A stretch of DNA of 42,131 nt from the NCBI GenBank assembly GCA_022600535.1, contig JAHZKE010000002.1:1-42131 (forward strand), in the 5' to 3' direction. This stretch comes from Pseudomonadota bacterium. GTDB taxonomy: Bacteria; Pseudomonadota; Gammaproteobacteria; Tethybacterales; Persebacteraceae. A model generated the notes under the pieces. It saw nothing but the letters and a program-made list of their open reading frames with translations. It was not told the DNA's origin and made no database searches. The position numbers were made by a program, and so were the translations under genes. Shown here piece after piece: positions 9,768 through 19,375 of this stretch. Position 1 is the first letter of the stretch; the number at the start of each line of letters is the position of its first letter.

Positions 9768-10556
9768 ATGGGGAGACGTAGAAAAGAAAGTGGTTTAGGC
9801 AATTTAATTGTTGCTGCTATTATTTTTTTATTGTTGTCGCTTTTTCTATATCCCGAAAAGACGATTTCAGCGCTTCAGTTAATTTTTGGCATTGTGTTGG
9901 TTTGTTGTGTACTTGTTTTTATTTTTAAATATCGCTCTAATCACGCACAACAACCCACTTTACAAGATTTTTCTCCCGTTCAACGCAACGCAGTTATTTG
10001 GTCGGTAACACTTATTAAAGAATTAGATTGGAAGGTATTTGAACAATTATGCGCGGACTATTTGTCGGCGCAGGGCTACCAAGCAATAGTTACAAATACA
10101 GGAGCAGACGGCGGTATTGATATAAAAATTTATGGTAGAGATGCACCTGATGAAGTGATTGGCATTGCACAGTGTAAAGCGTGGAAAAAACAGGTTGGAA
10201 TAAAGGAAGTCAGAGAGTTATTGGGGATAATGGCAGACGCAAGCTATAAATTTGGTATTTATTTCGCCACATCAACTTATACACAAGAGGCAATAATATT
10301 TGCTAAGAATAACAATATTCAACTAATGGATGCCGTGCAATTACTGCATGACATAGAGCAATTTCCGATTAAAATACAAGAAAAAATTTTGATACGAGCG
10401 ACTGCTGGTGACTACACAACACCTTCATGCCCGAATTGTGATTCTAAATTAGTCATCAAAACATCACAAAAGGGGAGAACTGCAGGGGAGCAATTTTGGG
10501 CATGTCCTCAATTTCCACGTTGTCGCTATACAATGCGGATACGCAAGCCATCTTAA
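9768..10556 (+). CDS. Membrane-anchored Mrr-family restriction endonuclease with C-terminal topoisomerase-type C4 zinc ribbon
   Basis: Two N-terminal hydrophobic helices; FEQLCADYL, ADGGID and AQCK Mrr_cat motifs; CPNC...FWACPQFPRC; GGAG before ATG 9768; visibly more AT-rich than neighbours. Confidence 0.88.
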   Translation: MGRRRKESGLGNLIVAAIIFLLLSLFLYPEKTISALQLIFGIVLVCCVLVFIFKYRSNHAQQPTLQDFSPVQRNAVIWSVTLIKELDWKVFEQLCADYLSAQGYQAIVTNTGADGGIDIKIYGRDAPDEVIGIAQCKAWKKQVGIKEVRELLGIMADASYKFGIYFATSTYTQEAIIFAKNNNIQLMDAVQLLHDIEQFPIKIQEKILIRATAGDYTTPSCPNCDSKLVIKTSQKGRTAGEQFWACPQFPRCRYTMRIRKPS

Positions 10557-10626
10557 TTTTCAATAGTTTGGGCTTTTCCTCGCCAACAAATCGCTGTGTG
10601 AGGTGCCATCACCATATTCTGAAAAC

Positions 10627-10643
10627 TTGCCGAATATGTGCTG
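10627..10643 (+). repeat. Dispersed 17-bp motif, copy 1 (TTGCCGAATATGTGCTG)
   Basis: First 15 nt identical to 13558-13572; 15/17 match to reverse complement of 38541-38557. Confidence 0.75.
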
Positions 10644-10716
10644 ACGCTCCATAGTTTGTGCTAATTCATTATCTTTTAGTATATAATTAACGTTTTTTAC
10701 TACCTAATTTATCTTT

Positions 10717-11010
10717 ATGCTTAGCATTCGTTTGTCGCGTGGGGGGGCAAAAAAACGCCCTTATTACCGTATTGTTGTCGCCGAAAAATCTTTTTCGCGT
10801 GATGGAAAATTTATTGAGGTGATTGGCACCTCAAACCCGATGGCAGCCGGTCAGGAACCGCCATTGACGCTTAAATTAGAGCGTTACGAGCACTGGTGTG
10901 CACAGGGGGCGCAACCTTCATTATGTGTTAAACGCCTGTGGCGGCAATATCGGCGCACCAATAAAGCTGATGCCTCCAAAGCGTCCGCAACCACCGCTAC
11001 TGCTTCCTAA
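10717..11010 (+). CDS. rpsP: 30S ribosomal protein S16
   Basis: MLSIRLSRGGAKKRPYYRIVVA, RDGKFIE, GAQPS. Confidence 0.98.
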   Translation: MLSIRLSRGGAKKRPYYRIVVAEKSFSRDGKFIEVIGTSNPMAAGQEPPLTLKLERYEHWCAQGAQPSLCVKRLWRQYRRTNKADASKASATTATAS

Positions 11011-11530
11011 TCGTAAAGTCACCATGGCGCGTTTTGGCGCGCCGCACGGGGTGCGTGGTTTATTGCGATTACATGTTTTTTCGCGCCAACCTGATTTTTT
11101 TACTACTCTTCCTGTTTGGTGGTGTCTGCCGCCGCAAGCCAATGCTGAACTAAACGGCAACTGGCAAACGCAACAAATAGAACGTTGCTACCAACACAGC
11201 GGGAATTGGTTAGTCAAATTATCCGGAGTAGACGATCGCGATGCCGCCGCATTATGGTGTCATGGATATGCGGCAGTAGAATATCAACAGTTGCCGGCAG
11301 TGGATTCCGATACCTATTATTGGTGCGATTTAATCGGCTTATCGGTGCAAACCATCCACGGCGAAACATTGGGCGAGGTCAGCGAAATAATGGATATCGG
11401 CGCGCACGATGTCTTATGTATTGCCGATGAAACAGACGAAAAAATATTAATCCCCTTTGTCGAGAAATACGTGCTGACGGTCGATATTGCACAGCAATTG
11501 ATTCAAGTGGATTGGCAACGCGATTGGTAG
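10970..11530 (+). CDS. rimM: Ribosome maturation factor RimM
   Basis: GAPHGVRG, DDRDAA, YYWCDLIG, GAHDVL, LIPFV, VDW; ATG 10970 overlapping rpsP is the likely start. Confidence 0.95.
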   Translation: MPPKRPQPPLLLPNRKVTMARFGAPHGVRGLLRLHVFSRQPDFFTTLPVWWCLPPQANAELNGNWQTQQIERCYQHSGNWLVKLSGVDDRDAAALWCHGYAAVEYQQLPAVDSDTYYWCDLIGLSVQTIHGETLGEVSEIMDIGAHDVLCIADETDEKILIPFVEKYVLTVDIAQQLIQVDWQRDW

Positions 11531-11533
11531 AAT

Positions 11534-12214
11534 ATGCGGATTGATATTATTACCTTACTACCGGAATTACTGCACCCCTTTATGCAACTGGGGGTATGCG
11601 GGCGCGCCATTGCCGCCGGAGCAGTGGCAGTAGAATGTTGGAACCCGCGCAATTATGCCTCCCCTCCGCACCGCATTGTGGACGACCGCCCCTTTGGCGG
11701 CGGTAGCGGCATGGTGCTGATGGCAGAACCGACATTAGCCGCCGCCCGCGCCGCACAAGCGGCAAACCCCGATGCGTGCCCGATTTATTTCACCCCGCGC
11801 GGCACGGTATTAAACGATAAACTCGCCCGCGAATTAGCCCAACAAGCAGGGTTGATACTATTATGCGGGCGCTACCGCGGCGTTGATGAGCGGGCAGTAA
11901 CCGCGTTTGGCGGGCGTGAAATATCCATTGGCGATTATGTTTTATCGGGCGGGGAGCCCGCCGCTTGCGTGTTGTTAGATGCCGTTTTGCGACACATCCC
12001 CGCAGTGTTGGGAAATGCCAATTCGGCAGAGGAAGACGCTTTTGCCGATGGTTTATTAGATGCGCCGTGCTATACACGCCCCGCTGTGTTTGAAGACCAA
12101 CCCGTGCCGCCGGTATTGTTGTCCGGCGACCATGCGGCAATTAAAAAATGGCGGCGGCAACAGGCAGAGCAAATGACTGCACAGCGCCGTCCGGATTTGT
12201 TAAAAAATAAGTAA
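11534..12214 (+). CDS. trmD: tRNA (guanine37-N1)-methyltransferase TrmD
   Basis: VDDRPFGGGSGM, CGRY.GVDER, SIGDYVLSGGE, YTRP, LLSGDH. Confidence 0.98.
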   Translation: MRIDIITLLPELLHPFMQLGVCGRAIAAGAVAVECWNPRNYASPPHRIVDDRPFGGGSGMVLMAEPTLAAARAAQAANPDACPIYFTPRGTVLNDKLARELAQQAGLILLCGRYRGVDERAVTAFGGREISIGDYVLSGGEPAACVLLDAVLRHIPAVLGNANSAEEDAFADGLLDAPCYTRPAVFEDQPVPPVLLSGDHAAIKKWRRQQAEQMTAQRRPDLLKNK

Positions 12215-12223
12215 AATCGTGCC

Positions 12224-13435
12224 ATGCCCGCGGCATCTTCCTCATCTCCTCCCTCTTGGTCTGCCGACTCTTTAAAACAGGTATTTGCCGCCCACAGCAG
12301 CGAGCCGATGCAAGAAAAGAGTGAAAACGGCATGACGTATTTGATTGGTAATTTATGGACCGCACGACAGCGGCAGGGGCATAGTATCCACGAAATCAGT
12401 TACCGCGCTTGCTTTAAACCGCAACTGCCGGAATTATTAATCTCCCTGTTGAGTGCGGAAAATGACCGTGTTTTAGACCCATTCATGGGGCGCGGCACCA
12501 CCGTGATTCAAGCGGCATTAATGAATCGCATTGCCTGCGGTAGCGATGTTAATCCGCTGTCGGCAATGCTCACTGCACCGCGTTTGGCAACGCCGACTCT
12601 AAAAGCAGTTGCTACCCGCTTAGCAGAAATCCCACTGACGAGCGAAGTGCCAACAGACGACACGCCGTTGCTGACATTTTTTCATCCGCAAGTATTGCAA
12701 CATTTAGTCGCGCTGAAAAATTGGTTTGCCCAACGCACGCACAGCAAGCAATTGGATGGAGTGGATGAATGGATACGCATGGTCGCGATTAATCGCTTAA
12801 CGGGGCACTCTACGGGTTTTTTCTCGGTGCATACCATGCCACCGAATCAAGCCGTTTCTATTAAAACGCAGCAGCACCTTAATCAAGTGCACCAACGTGT
12901 GCCATTGGCAAAAGATGTCAACGCGCTGATTTTGAAAAAAAGCCGCAGCTTGTTGCGTTCGGGGCATGTTGCCAATCGGCGTTTTCAACTGGCGTGCGCT
13001 CCTGCTGAGCGTCTTTCTTATTTAAAAGCAAACCGCGTACAGCTGATTGTAACGTCGCCGCCTTTTTTAGATATGGTGGACTATCATAAAGATAACTGGT
13101 TGCGTTGCTGGTTTGCCGCACTGGAGCAAGAAACGATTAAAATTGACCAACACCGCAACATCGCCGATTGGCAGGCATTTGTCCGCCGCACCTTTAGCGA
13201 ATTTGCCCGCGTGTTGCAAAGCGGTGGTATGGTAGCATTTGAAGTCGGCGAAGCGCGTAATGGCAAATTGTTATTAGAACAGTTGGTGGCAGAAGCAGTA
13301 CGCGGTTTGCCTTTTACCTTGTTGGCAGTATTGGTCAATCAACAGCAATTTACCAAAACAGCAAACTGCTGGGGAGTCAACAACAATGAAAAAGGCACCA
13401 ACAGCAACCGCATTGTATTATTGCAAAAACAATAA
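12224..13435 (+). CDS. Orphan DNA amino-methyltransferase (N4-C/N6-A family)
   Basis: SAM-binding VLDPFMGRGTT precedes catalytic VTSPPF; no adjacent type II endonuclease. Confidence 0.85.
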   Translation: MPAASSSSPPSWSADSLKQVFAAHSSEPMQEKSENGMTYLIGNLWTARQRQGHSIHEISYRACFKPQLPELLISLLSAENDRVLDPFMGRGTTVIQAALMNRIACGSDVNPLSAMLTAPRLATPTLKAVATRLAEIPLTSEVPTDDTPLLTFFHPQVLQHLVALKNWFAQRTHSKQLDGVDEWIRMVAINRLTGHSTGFFSVHTMPPNQAVSIKTQQHLNQVHQRVPLAKDVNALILKKSRSLLRSGHVANRRFQLACAPAERLSYLKANRVQLIVTSPPFLDMVDYHKDNWLRCWFAALEQETIKIDQHRNIADWQAFVRRTFSEFARVLQSGGMVAFEVGEARNGKLLLEQLVAEAVRGLPFTLLAVLVNQQQFTKTANCWGVNNNEKGTNSNRIVLLQKQ

Positions 13436-13445
13436 AACCCTTACT

Positions 13446-13512
13446 TTAAATTCCACACCGAGAGGAGGGGAATTTAATTTGAACGCGCTGATGTTCGTAC
13501 ATTAAAGGAAAG
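13446..13512. repeat. TTAA-bounded palindromic mosaic repeat
   Basis: TTAAATTCC-ACACCGAGAGGAGG-GGAATTTAA hairpin (13446-13477), then GCGCTGATGTTCGTACATTAAAGGAAAG module. Confidence 0.7.
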
Positions 13513-13557
13513 GCGATACAATTTGCTTTTATATTCATAAGACGCAAGAGCCCCCCT

Positions 13558-13574
13558 TTGCCGAATATGTGCCG
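13558..13574 (+). repeat. Dispersed 17-bp motif, copy 2 (TTGCCGAATATGTGCCG)
   Basis: 16/17 identical to 10627-10643. Confidence 0.75.
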
Positions 13575-13619
13575 GCACTGTAAATAATTTTTATCGCGTC
13601 ATAGTAAAATAGCACTGTT

Positions 13620-14906
13620 ATGTCTGAAATTTATACTGTTGGTGTGAGCTATCACAATGCGCCGTTGGCGTTGCGTGAAATATTGGCGGTATCGGCAGAA
13701 GGAGTTGCCGAAAAGTTGCGTCATTTAAGTCGCCGCTGTCACCTACCGGAAGCGGCAATTTTATCCACCTGTAACCGCACCGAAATTTATTGCTTGTCGG
13801 ATACCCCCGAAGAAGTAGTGGCTTGGCTTAGCGAAGCCACCCATAATCACACCGCCGACATCAGCGAATATATTTATCACTTAAAAGCAGAAGATGCCGT
13901 GCGCCATTTATTTCGCGTGGCAAGCGGTTTAGATTCCCAACTCATTGGAGAACCCGAAATTACCGGACAAGTCAAACAATTTGCCCAGTTAGCACGGCAG
14001 GCAGGGTTTTCGGGCACGATTATCAATCGCTTGATGGAACACGCCCTCGCCACTGCCAAAGCCGTACGCAGTCAAACAGACATCGGCAAACATTCGCTTT
14101 CTTATCCGGCGTTGGTGGTGCAGGCAGCCAAGGGGATTTTTCCTGACGTGCGCGATTTAGCGGTTTTATTTGTCGGTGCCGGCGATATGGCGCTTGCCGG
14201 CGTGCCGATTTTTTCTGATAACGGTGTGCGCCGCGTGGCAATTGCCGGACGCAGTCACGAAAAAACCGAAAAAGTCGCACAACGTGTCGGCGCAGAAGCA
14301 TTGGCAATTTCCTGCTTGCCCGAAGTGTTAGCGGAGTTTGATGTTGTTGTCAGTGCCACCGCCAGCCAAGTGCCGATTATTGGCAAAGGCACGGTTGAAA
14401 GTGCGCTCAGTCGCCGCCACCACAAACCGATGTTATTTGCCGATTTAGCAGTGCCGCGCGATTTAGAATCCGAAATACAGCAACTGCCCGATGTATTTGT
14501 TTATCACTTAGATCAATTTGGCAAGATGGCAGAACAAAACAGCGAAAAACGCCGCACCGCCGCTAAACGTGGCAATGCCATTGTAGAAGAACATACCGAA
14601 CAATTTTGTCGCTGGTTGCGCGAGCATGGCAATCGCGGGCAAGTGCGCGGGTTTCGCGATTCCGCCATGCACATACAGGCAGAAGAAACAAAAGCAGCAT
14701 TAGCGCGTCTCACCGCTGGTGTTGCACCGGAGCAAGTGGTTGAGCAATTTGCCCATCGTTTAACGGGGCGCTTATTACATCCATTAACGCAATGCGCCCG
14801 CCAAAGCAAAAACTGCACTTTGCACCATTTTGCCGAGGGGCATCGCCCCATCACTTTTGAAAACGATCAGATTAATGCTCCCGTCAATACTAAAAAAATT
14901 AACTGA
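13620..14906 (+). CDS. hemA: Glutamyl-tRNA reductase
   Basis: [44 protein letters not shown]. Confidence 0.97.
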   Translation: MSEIYTVGVSYHNAPLALREILAVSAEGVAEKLRHLSRRCHLPEAAILSTCNRTEIYCLSDTPEEVVAWLSEATHNHTADISEYIYHLKAEDAVRHLFRVASGLDSQLIGEPEITGQVKQFAQLARQAGFSGTIINRLMEHALATAKAVRSQTDIGKHSLSYPALVVQAAKGIFPDVRDLAVLFVGAGDMALAGVPIFSDNGVRRVAIAGRSHEKTEKVAQRVGAEALAISCLPEVLAEFDVVVSATASQVPIIGKGTVESALSRRHHKPMLFADLAVPRDLESEIQQLPDVFVYHLDQFGKMAEQNSEKRRTAAKRGNAIVEEHTEQFCRWLREHGNRGQVRGFRDSAMHIQAEETKAALARLTAGVAPEQVVEQFAHRLTGRLLHPLTQCARQSKNCTLHHFAEGHRPITFENDQINAPVNTKKIN

Positions 14907-15942
14907 TGCCGAACAACGACTGAATAAGTTGGAAGAACAAATGGCAGACGGGAGTGGCGTATTACAATCGCTGATGAAAGAACACGGCAAACTGTTGCCG
15001 TTGGTCACGATTTATCGCGAATGGCAAGCCGCCGATTCCACCTATCAAGAACTCACCGAATGGGAGACGAGCGAGGAAGATTCCGAATTACGTCAATTAG
15101 CCGCCACTGAATGCGCGATGGCAGTCACCGCCCGCGATGATGCTGCCGCCCGCATTCGCCGCTTATTGTCGCCCGAGGCGGCAGAAAATCGCCGTAATTG
15201 TTTTATTGAAATTCGTGCCGCTGTCGGCGGTAATGAATCCTGCTTATTTGCTGCCGATTTATTGCGTTTGTATACGCGGCTGGCAGAAAGACATCAATGG
15301 CGCAGTGAGCTGATTTCACATGCCGATGGCGAAGTCGGCGGTTATAAAGAGGTCATTCTTAAAATAGTCGGCGAAGGGGCGTATGGTTGGATGCAATTTG
15401 AATCAGGAGCGCACCGTGTGCAGCGTGTGCCGCAAACCGAATCGCAAGGGCGGATACACACCTCCATCGTGACCATCGCCGTGTTGGCAGAATCGGAAGA
15501 AGAAGATGACTTGGTGATTTCGCCGGCGGATTTGCGGATTGAAACCTTTCGCGCCAGCGGCGCAGGCGGGCAACACGTCAATACCACCGATTCAGCAGTG
15601 CGGATGACTCACCTTCCCAGCGGTATTGTTGCCGAATGTCAAGACGACCGCTCGCAACATAAAAATCGTGAAAAAGCCCTGTCAGTATTGCGGGCGCGCA
15701 TTGTCAGCCACCGCTTGCGCGAAAAACAAGAAAAAGAATCCAGCCAACGCCGTTCGTTAGTCGGCAGCGGCGACCGTTCCGACCGTATCCGTACCTATAA
15801 CTTCCCGCAAGGGCGGTTAACCGACCATCGCATCGGGCTGACATTATATAAATTACATCTGGCGATGGAAGGCGAAATTGATGAAATTTTAATCGCATTG
15901 ACAAAAGCCGATGAAGAAGACCGTGCCCTCGCAGACGGATGA
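14875..15942 (+). CDS. prfA: Peptide chain release factor 1
   Basis: [10 protein letters not shown] (PxT motif), [16 protein letters not shown]; ATG 14875 overlaps hemA. Confidence 0.97.
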   Translation: MLPSILKKLTDAEQRLNKLEEQMADGSGVLQSLMKEHGKLLPLVTIYREWQAADSTYQELTEWETSEEDSELRQLAATECAMAVTARDDAAARIRRLLSPEAAENRRNCFIEIRAAVGGNESCLFAADLLRLYTRLAERHQWRSELISHADGEVGGYKEVILKIVGEGAYGWMQFESGAHRVQRVPQTESQGRIHTSIVTIAVLAESEEEDDLVISPADLRIETFRASGAGGQHVNTTDSAVRMTHLPSGIVAECQDDRSQHKNREKALSVLRARIVSHRLREKQEKESSQRRSLVGSGDRSDRIRTYNFPQGRLTDHRIGLTLYKLHLAMEGEIDEILIALTKADEEDRALADG

Positions 15943-16828
15943 TACCGCGGCGATGTTTGCCGCCGCACCTGCTACTATCGGAGCGGCAATCCGTTGGGGG
16001 CGCGAACAACTTGCCGCCGGCAGCAGTAGTTCGGCAATAGATGCCCGCGCGTTATTATTAGATTGTTTGCACTATAACGAATACGCACAACTGTTAGCGC
16101 ATGAAAACGATGCCCTCCCGTCATCTGCCGCAACACGTTATCAGCAACACATTTGCAAGCGCGCGGCGGGGGAGCCCGTTGCCTATATTTTAGGGTGGCG
16201 CGAATTTTACAGCCGTCGCTTTAAAACCACCGCCGCCGCACTAATCCCACGTCCCGATACCGAGTTGTTAGTAGAAAGCGCCTTGCAACATTTGCCTGCC
16301 AGCACCGTGGCGCGGGTGTTGGACTTGGGGGCGGGTTGCGGCGCGATTGGCATTAGCATTGCTTTAGCGCGCGAAAACAGTCACGTTACGTTAACCGATG
16401 TCAGTGAACCGACACTTGCCTTAGCCCGCGAAAATGCGGCAATGCATAAAGCCAATGTCAGTTTTGTTTGCGGCGATTGGTACACGCCTTTATCTTGTGC
16501 AAACAACGATGAAACCAGCCAACAATTTGATTTAATTGTCAGCAACCCGCCCTATATCGCGCAAGACGATGCCCATTTAACCAGCGGCGATTTAAGATTT
16601 GAACCCTCATTAGCATTAGTTGCCGGCGCCGACGGCTTAGCGGCATTAGCGCCGATTATTCGCCAAGCGCCGCAAAACCTGCGCCGCGGCGGCACCTTAT
16701 TGGTAGAACACGGCAACACACAGGCAGCAGCAGTGCATCAATTATTTGCTGCCGCGGGGTTTTGCGGCACCCGCACCTTGTACGATATGGGCAAGCAACC
16801 GCGCGTTACCCTGGCAGTACTGCCTTAA
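15911..16828 (+). CDS. prmC: Release factor glutamine methyltransferase PrmC
   Basis: [33 protein letters not shown]; start may be slightly downstream. Confidence 0.95.
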   Translation: MKKTVPSQTDDTAAMFAAAPATIGAAIRWGREQLAAGSSSSAIDARALLLDCLHYNEYAQLLAHENDALPSSAATRYQQHICKRAAGEPVAYILGWREFYSRRFKTTAAALIPRPDTELLVESALQHLPASTVARVLDLGAGCGAIGISIALARENSHVTLTDVSEPTLALARENAAMHKANVSFVCGDWYTPLSCANNDETSQQFDLIVSNPPYIAQDDAHLTSGDLRFEPSLALVAGADGLAALAPIIRQAPQNLRRGGTLLVEHGNTQAAAVHQLFAAAGFCGTRTLYDMGKQPRVTLAVLP

Positions 16829-16831
16829 GCC

Positions 16832-17674
16832 ATGCCGGAATTACCCGAAGTAGAAACCGTACGCCGCGGCATTGCCCCCGCCATTATCGGCAAAGCCGTT
16901 GATGCGGTCGTGGTGCGCCGTTGGCAGTTGCGCCAACCCATCCCCGCCGATTTTTGCGCCCGCCTGCAAGGTAAAAAAATCACCGCAGTAGAACGGCGGG
17001 GGAAATATTTATTACTTTCTATCCCCCCCGAAACCTGTATTATCCATTTGGGAATGAGCGGCGTGTTGTCTTTATCTGCATTACCGGCACATGAAAAACA
17101 CGCCCATGTTTGTTGGGAATTAGACGACGGCACTTTTTTAATTTACACCGACCCGCGCCGCTTTGGTTTGGTCACATTAACACAACAACCGCCCTTACAA
17201 CATAAACTCTTAGCCACGATTGGCGTAGAACCATTGACCCGTTCTTTCAGCGGCAAAAAGTTAGCGCAATTATTAGCAAATAAAAAAACACCCATTAAAA
17301 CCGCATTGATGAACGGACAATTAGTCGCAGGCATTGGCAACATTTATGCGTCCGAATCTTTGTTTCAAGCGGGCATTCACCCGCGCACCGCCGCCGGCGA
17401 GTTAAGCGATAGCCAATGCAAAAAATTGGTAGAAAAAATTAAACAAGTATTACGGCAGGCACTGCGCGCGGGCGGCTCCAGTATGCGCGATTTTGCCGCG
17501 GCTGACGGCAAACCCGGATATTTTCAAACCCAATGGGCGGTATATGAACGCAGCGGGCAAACCTGTTATAACAAACGTTGCGGCGCCGGGATAGAACAAA
17601 TACGACAGAATGGGCGCAGTAGTTATTATTGCCCCTCTTGCCAACCCTATCCACCGCCCGAGGAGTGTTCGTGA
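16832..17674 (+). CDS. mutM: Formamidopyrimidine-DNA glycosylase MutM/Fpg
   Basis: MPELPEVE, RRGKY, HLGMSG, DPRRFG, GIGNIY, C-terminal zinc finger CPSCQ. Confidence 0.98.
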   Translation: MPELPEVETVRRGIAPAIIGKAVDAVVVRRWQLRQPIPADFCARLQGKKITAVERRGKYLLLSIPPETCIIHLGMSGVLSLSALPAHEKHAHVCWELDDGTFLIYTDPRRFGLVTLTQQPPLQHKLLATIGVEPLTRSFSGKKLAQLLANKKTPIKTALMNGQLVAGIGNIYASESLFQAGIHPRTAAGELSDSQCKKLVEKIKQVLRQALRAGGSSMRDFAAADGKPGYFQTQWAVYERSGQTCYNKRCGAGIEQIRQNGRSSYYCPSCQPYPPPEECS

Positions 17675-18423
17675 TGGATGACGAATTATTAATCCGCTAT
17701 AGTCGCCATGTCATGTTGGACGACATCGGCGAACACGGACAACAGCAACTCGCCGCCGCCCGCGTGTTATTGGTGGGGTTAGGCGGGTTGGGTTCGCCTG
17801 CCGCCCTCTACCTCGCCGCCGCCGGTGTCGGCACTTTGCTGTTATGCGATGACGATGCAGTAGAACTGACAAACTTACAGCGGCAAGTGCTACACCATAC
17901 CGATACCATTGGTTGGCAAAAAACAGAATCGGCAGCAGCAGAACTTCTCCGCATTAATCCGCATTGTCAATTACAGCAACACGGGCGCGTAACCGCCGCG
18001 AATGTCGATGCCTTAGTGGCGGCAGTAGATGTTGTGGTGGACGGCAGTGATAATTACGCCAGCCGTCATTTAATTAATCAAGCATGCGTACGCGGGAAAA
18101 AACCATTAGTATCGGGGGCGGCAATTGGCTTTGACGGACAAGTATCGGTATTTGATACGCGGCAGGAACACTCGCCTTGCTATCACTGCTTGTTTGCCGA
18201 AGAAGACGCGGCAGAAGATGTGCGCTGTGCTTTGTTGGGCGTGTTTTCGCCACTGACGGGGATCATCGGGATGATTCAAGCAGCGGAAACGATTAAGTGT
18301 ATCGCCACTTCTGGTGCGGGATTATTAATTGGACGCTTGCTGTTGGTGGATGCGCGTGAAATGCGCTTTCGTGAAATTTTATTACCGCGGGATACCGCCT
18401 GCCGAGTGTGCCATGCGCGTTAG
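17674..18423 (+). CDS. moeB: MoeB/ThiF family adenylyltransferase
   Basis: RYSRH, GLGGLG, NLQRQ, PCYHCLF, terminal CRVC; MoeB versus ThiF not resolvable from sequence alone. Confidence 0.85.
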   Translation: MDDELLIRYSRHVMLDDIGEHGQQQLAAARVLLVGLGGLGSPAALYLAAAGVGTLLLCDDDAVELTNLQRQVLHHTDTIGWQKTESAAAELLRINPHCQLQQHGRVTAANVDALVAAVDVVVDGSDNYASRHLINQACVRGKKPLVSGAAIGFDGQVSVFDTRQEHSPCYHCLFAEEDAAEDVRCALLGVFSPLTGIIGMIQAAETIKCIATSGAGLLIGRLLLVDAREMRFREILLPRDTACRVCHAR

Positions 18424-19213
18424 CGAACAGTTAGCACAAGTTGCGGTGGTATTAAAAGATACAACCCACCCGGGAAATATCGGCTCGGTCGCACGGGCAA
18501 TGAAAACTATGGGGCTATCGCGGCTGTTGTTAGTTGCCGCCCGCACGCAAATAGATGCCACCTCACGCGCCTTATCGGCGGGCGCGACGGATATATTAGA
18601 CAATGCCGAATGGCAACAAACACTGCCGGAAGCATTAACTGAATTTACGCATGTTTATGCCTTTAGTGCGCGCCGCCGCGATATGTCGCCGCGCTGTTTA
18701 TCGCCGCAAGAAGCCGCAACAGAAGCAATGGGGCAAGTGCGCCAAGGCGGGCGGGCGGCATTTATATTTGGCGGCGAGCGCAGCGGGTTAGAAAATGAAG
18801 ATATTTTACAAGCAACAGCGATTATAGAAATTGCCGCCAATCCCGAATTCCCTTCCCTCAATTTAGCGCAAGCGGTACAAATTGCCGCTTATGAATTACG
18901 ACAAGCAACGGGCATTGCCCGCGCCGGCGACCGTAGGCAAATGCCAACCCGAGAAGAATTAGACGCGATGATTGAACATTTGCAGCAGGCATTGGCGGCA
19001 GTCGGGCTACCGAAAAAAAACGACACCCGCCCGTTAATGGCGCGCTTGCGCTTGCTGCTGACACGTGCCGATTTAGACCAAAGCGAAGTGCGGCTGTTGC
19101 GCGGCATTTGGCGCGCAATCCTTAGCCGCCCCGATGACGAGAAATTAAATTCCCCTCCGCCTGCGGGGAGCAACGAATGCTATGATGGTGAGGGCGGACC
19201 GTCAACTCCTTAG
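18413..19213 (+). CDS. trmJ: TrmJ/LasT family tRNA 2'-O-methyltransferase
   Basis: HPGNIGSVARAMKTMGL, FG.ERSGL.N, ANPEFPSLNLAQAVQ, LLRGI; last ~25 aa look repeat-derived. Confidence 0.9.
   Translation: MRVSEQLAQVAVVLKDTTHPGNIGSVARAMKTMGLSRLLLVAARTQIDATSRALSAGATDILDNAEWQQTLPEALTEFTHVYAFSARRRDMSPRCLSPQEAATEAMGQVRQGGRAAFIFGGERSGLENEDILQATAIIEIAANPEFPSLNLAQAVQIAAYELRQATGIARAGDRRQMPTREELDAMIEHLQQALAAVGLPKKNDTRPLMARLRLLLTRADLDQSEVRLLRGIWRAILSRPDDEKLNSPPPAGSNECYDGEGGPSTP
19145..19170 (+). repeat. TTAAATTCCCCTCC module inside trmJ 3' end
   Basis: TTAAATTCCCCTCCG identical to 36317-36331. Confidence 0.65.
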
Positions 19214-19292
19214 AGGGCGTGCTAAAACCGCCAGATAAGCAAAGCCCAACATAACAAGCGGGCAGGGCAGATACAACTCGTCCCGCTCGTCA
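19192..19292 (+). ncRNA. Candidate structured small RNA of unknown family
   Basis: TGCTATGAT extended -10 at 19178-19186; GGCGG/CCGCC stem crossed by GGGCGTGCT/AGCAAAGCCC pairing; 3' hairpin ACAAGCGGG...CCCGCTCGT. Confidence 0.4.
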
Positions 19293-19332
19293 AGTTAAAG
19301 AAAGCGCACTATTTTAAAGACCGTCGCTCACC
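19281..19332 (+). repeat. Degenerate copy of the mosaic repeat
   Basis: CCGCTCGTCAAGTTAAAGAAAG..GCACTA..TTAAAGACCGTCGCTCACC is colinear with 36196-36253. Confidence 0.65.
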
Positions 19333-19375
19333 AAAGTTATGCCCAAAGGGGTCATTTATGGTATAAAATAAAAAT

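Noticed and set aside
9768-13435. Mrr nuclease and MTase as a cognate restriction-modification pair
   Set aside because: Separated by three core genes, differ in base composition, and Mrr enzymes typically cut modified DNA.
19186-19215. tRNA-Sec-like sequence (TGGTGAGGGCGGA...TCAACTCC)
   Set aside because: No acceptor stem, no GTTCRA T-loop and no proper 7-nt anticodon loop.
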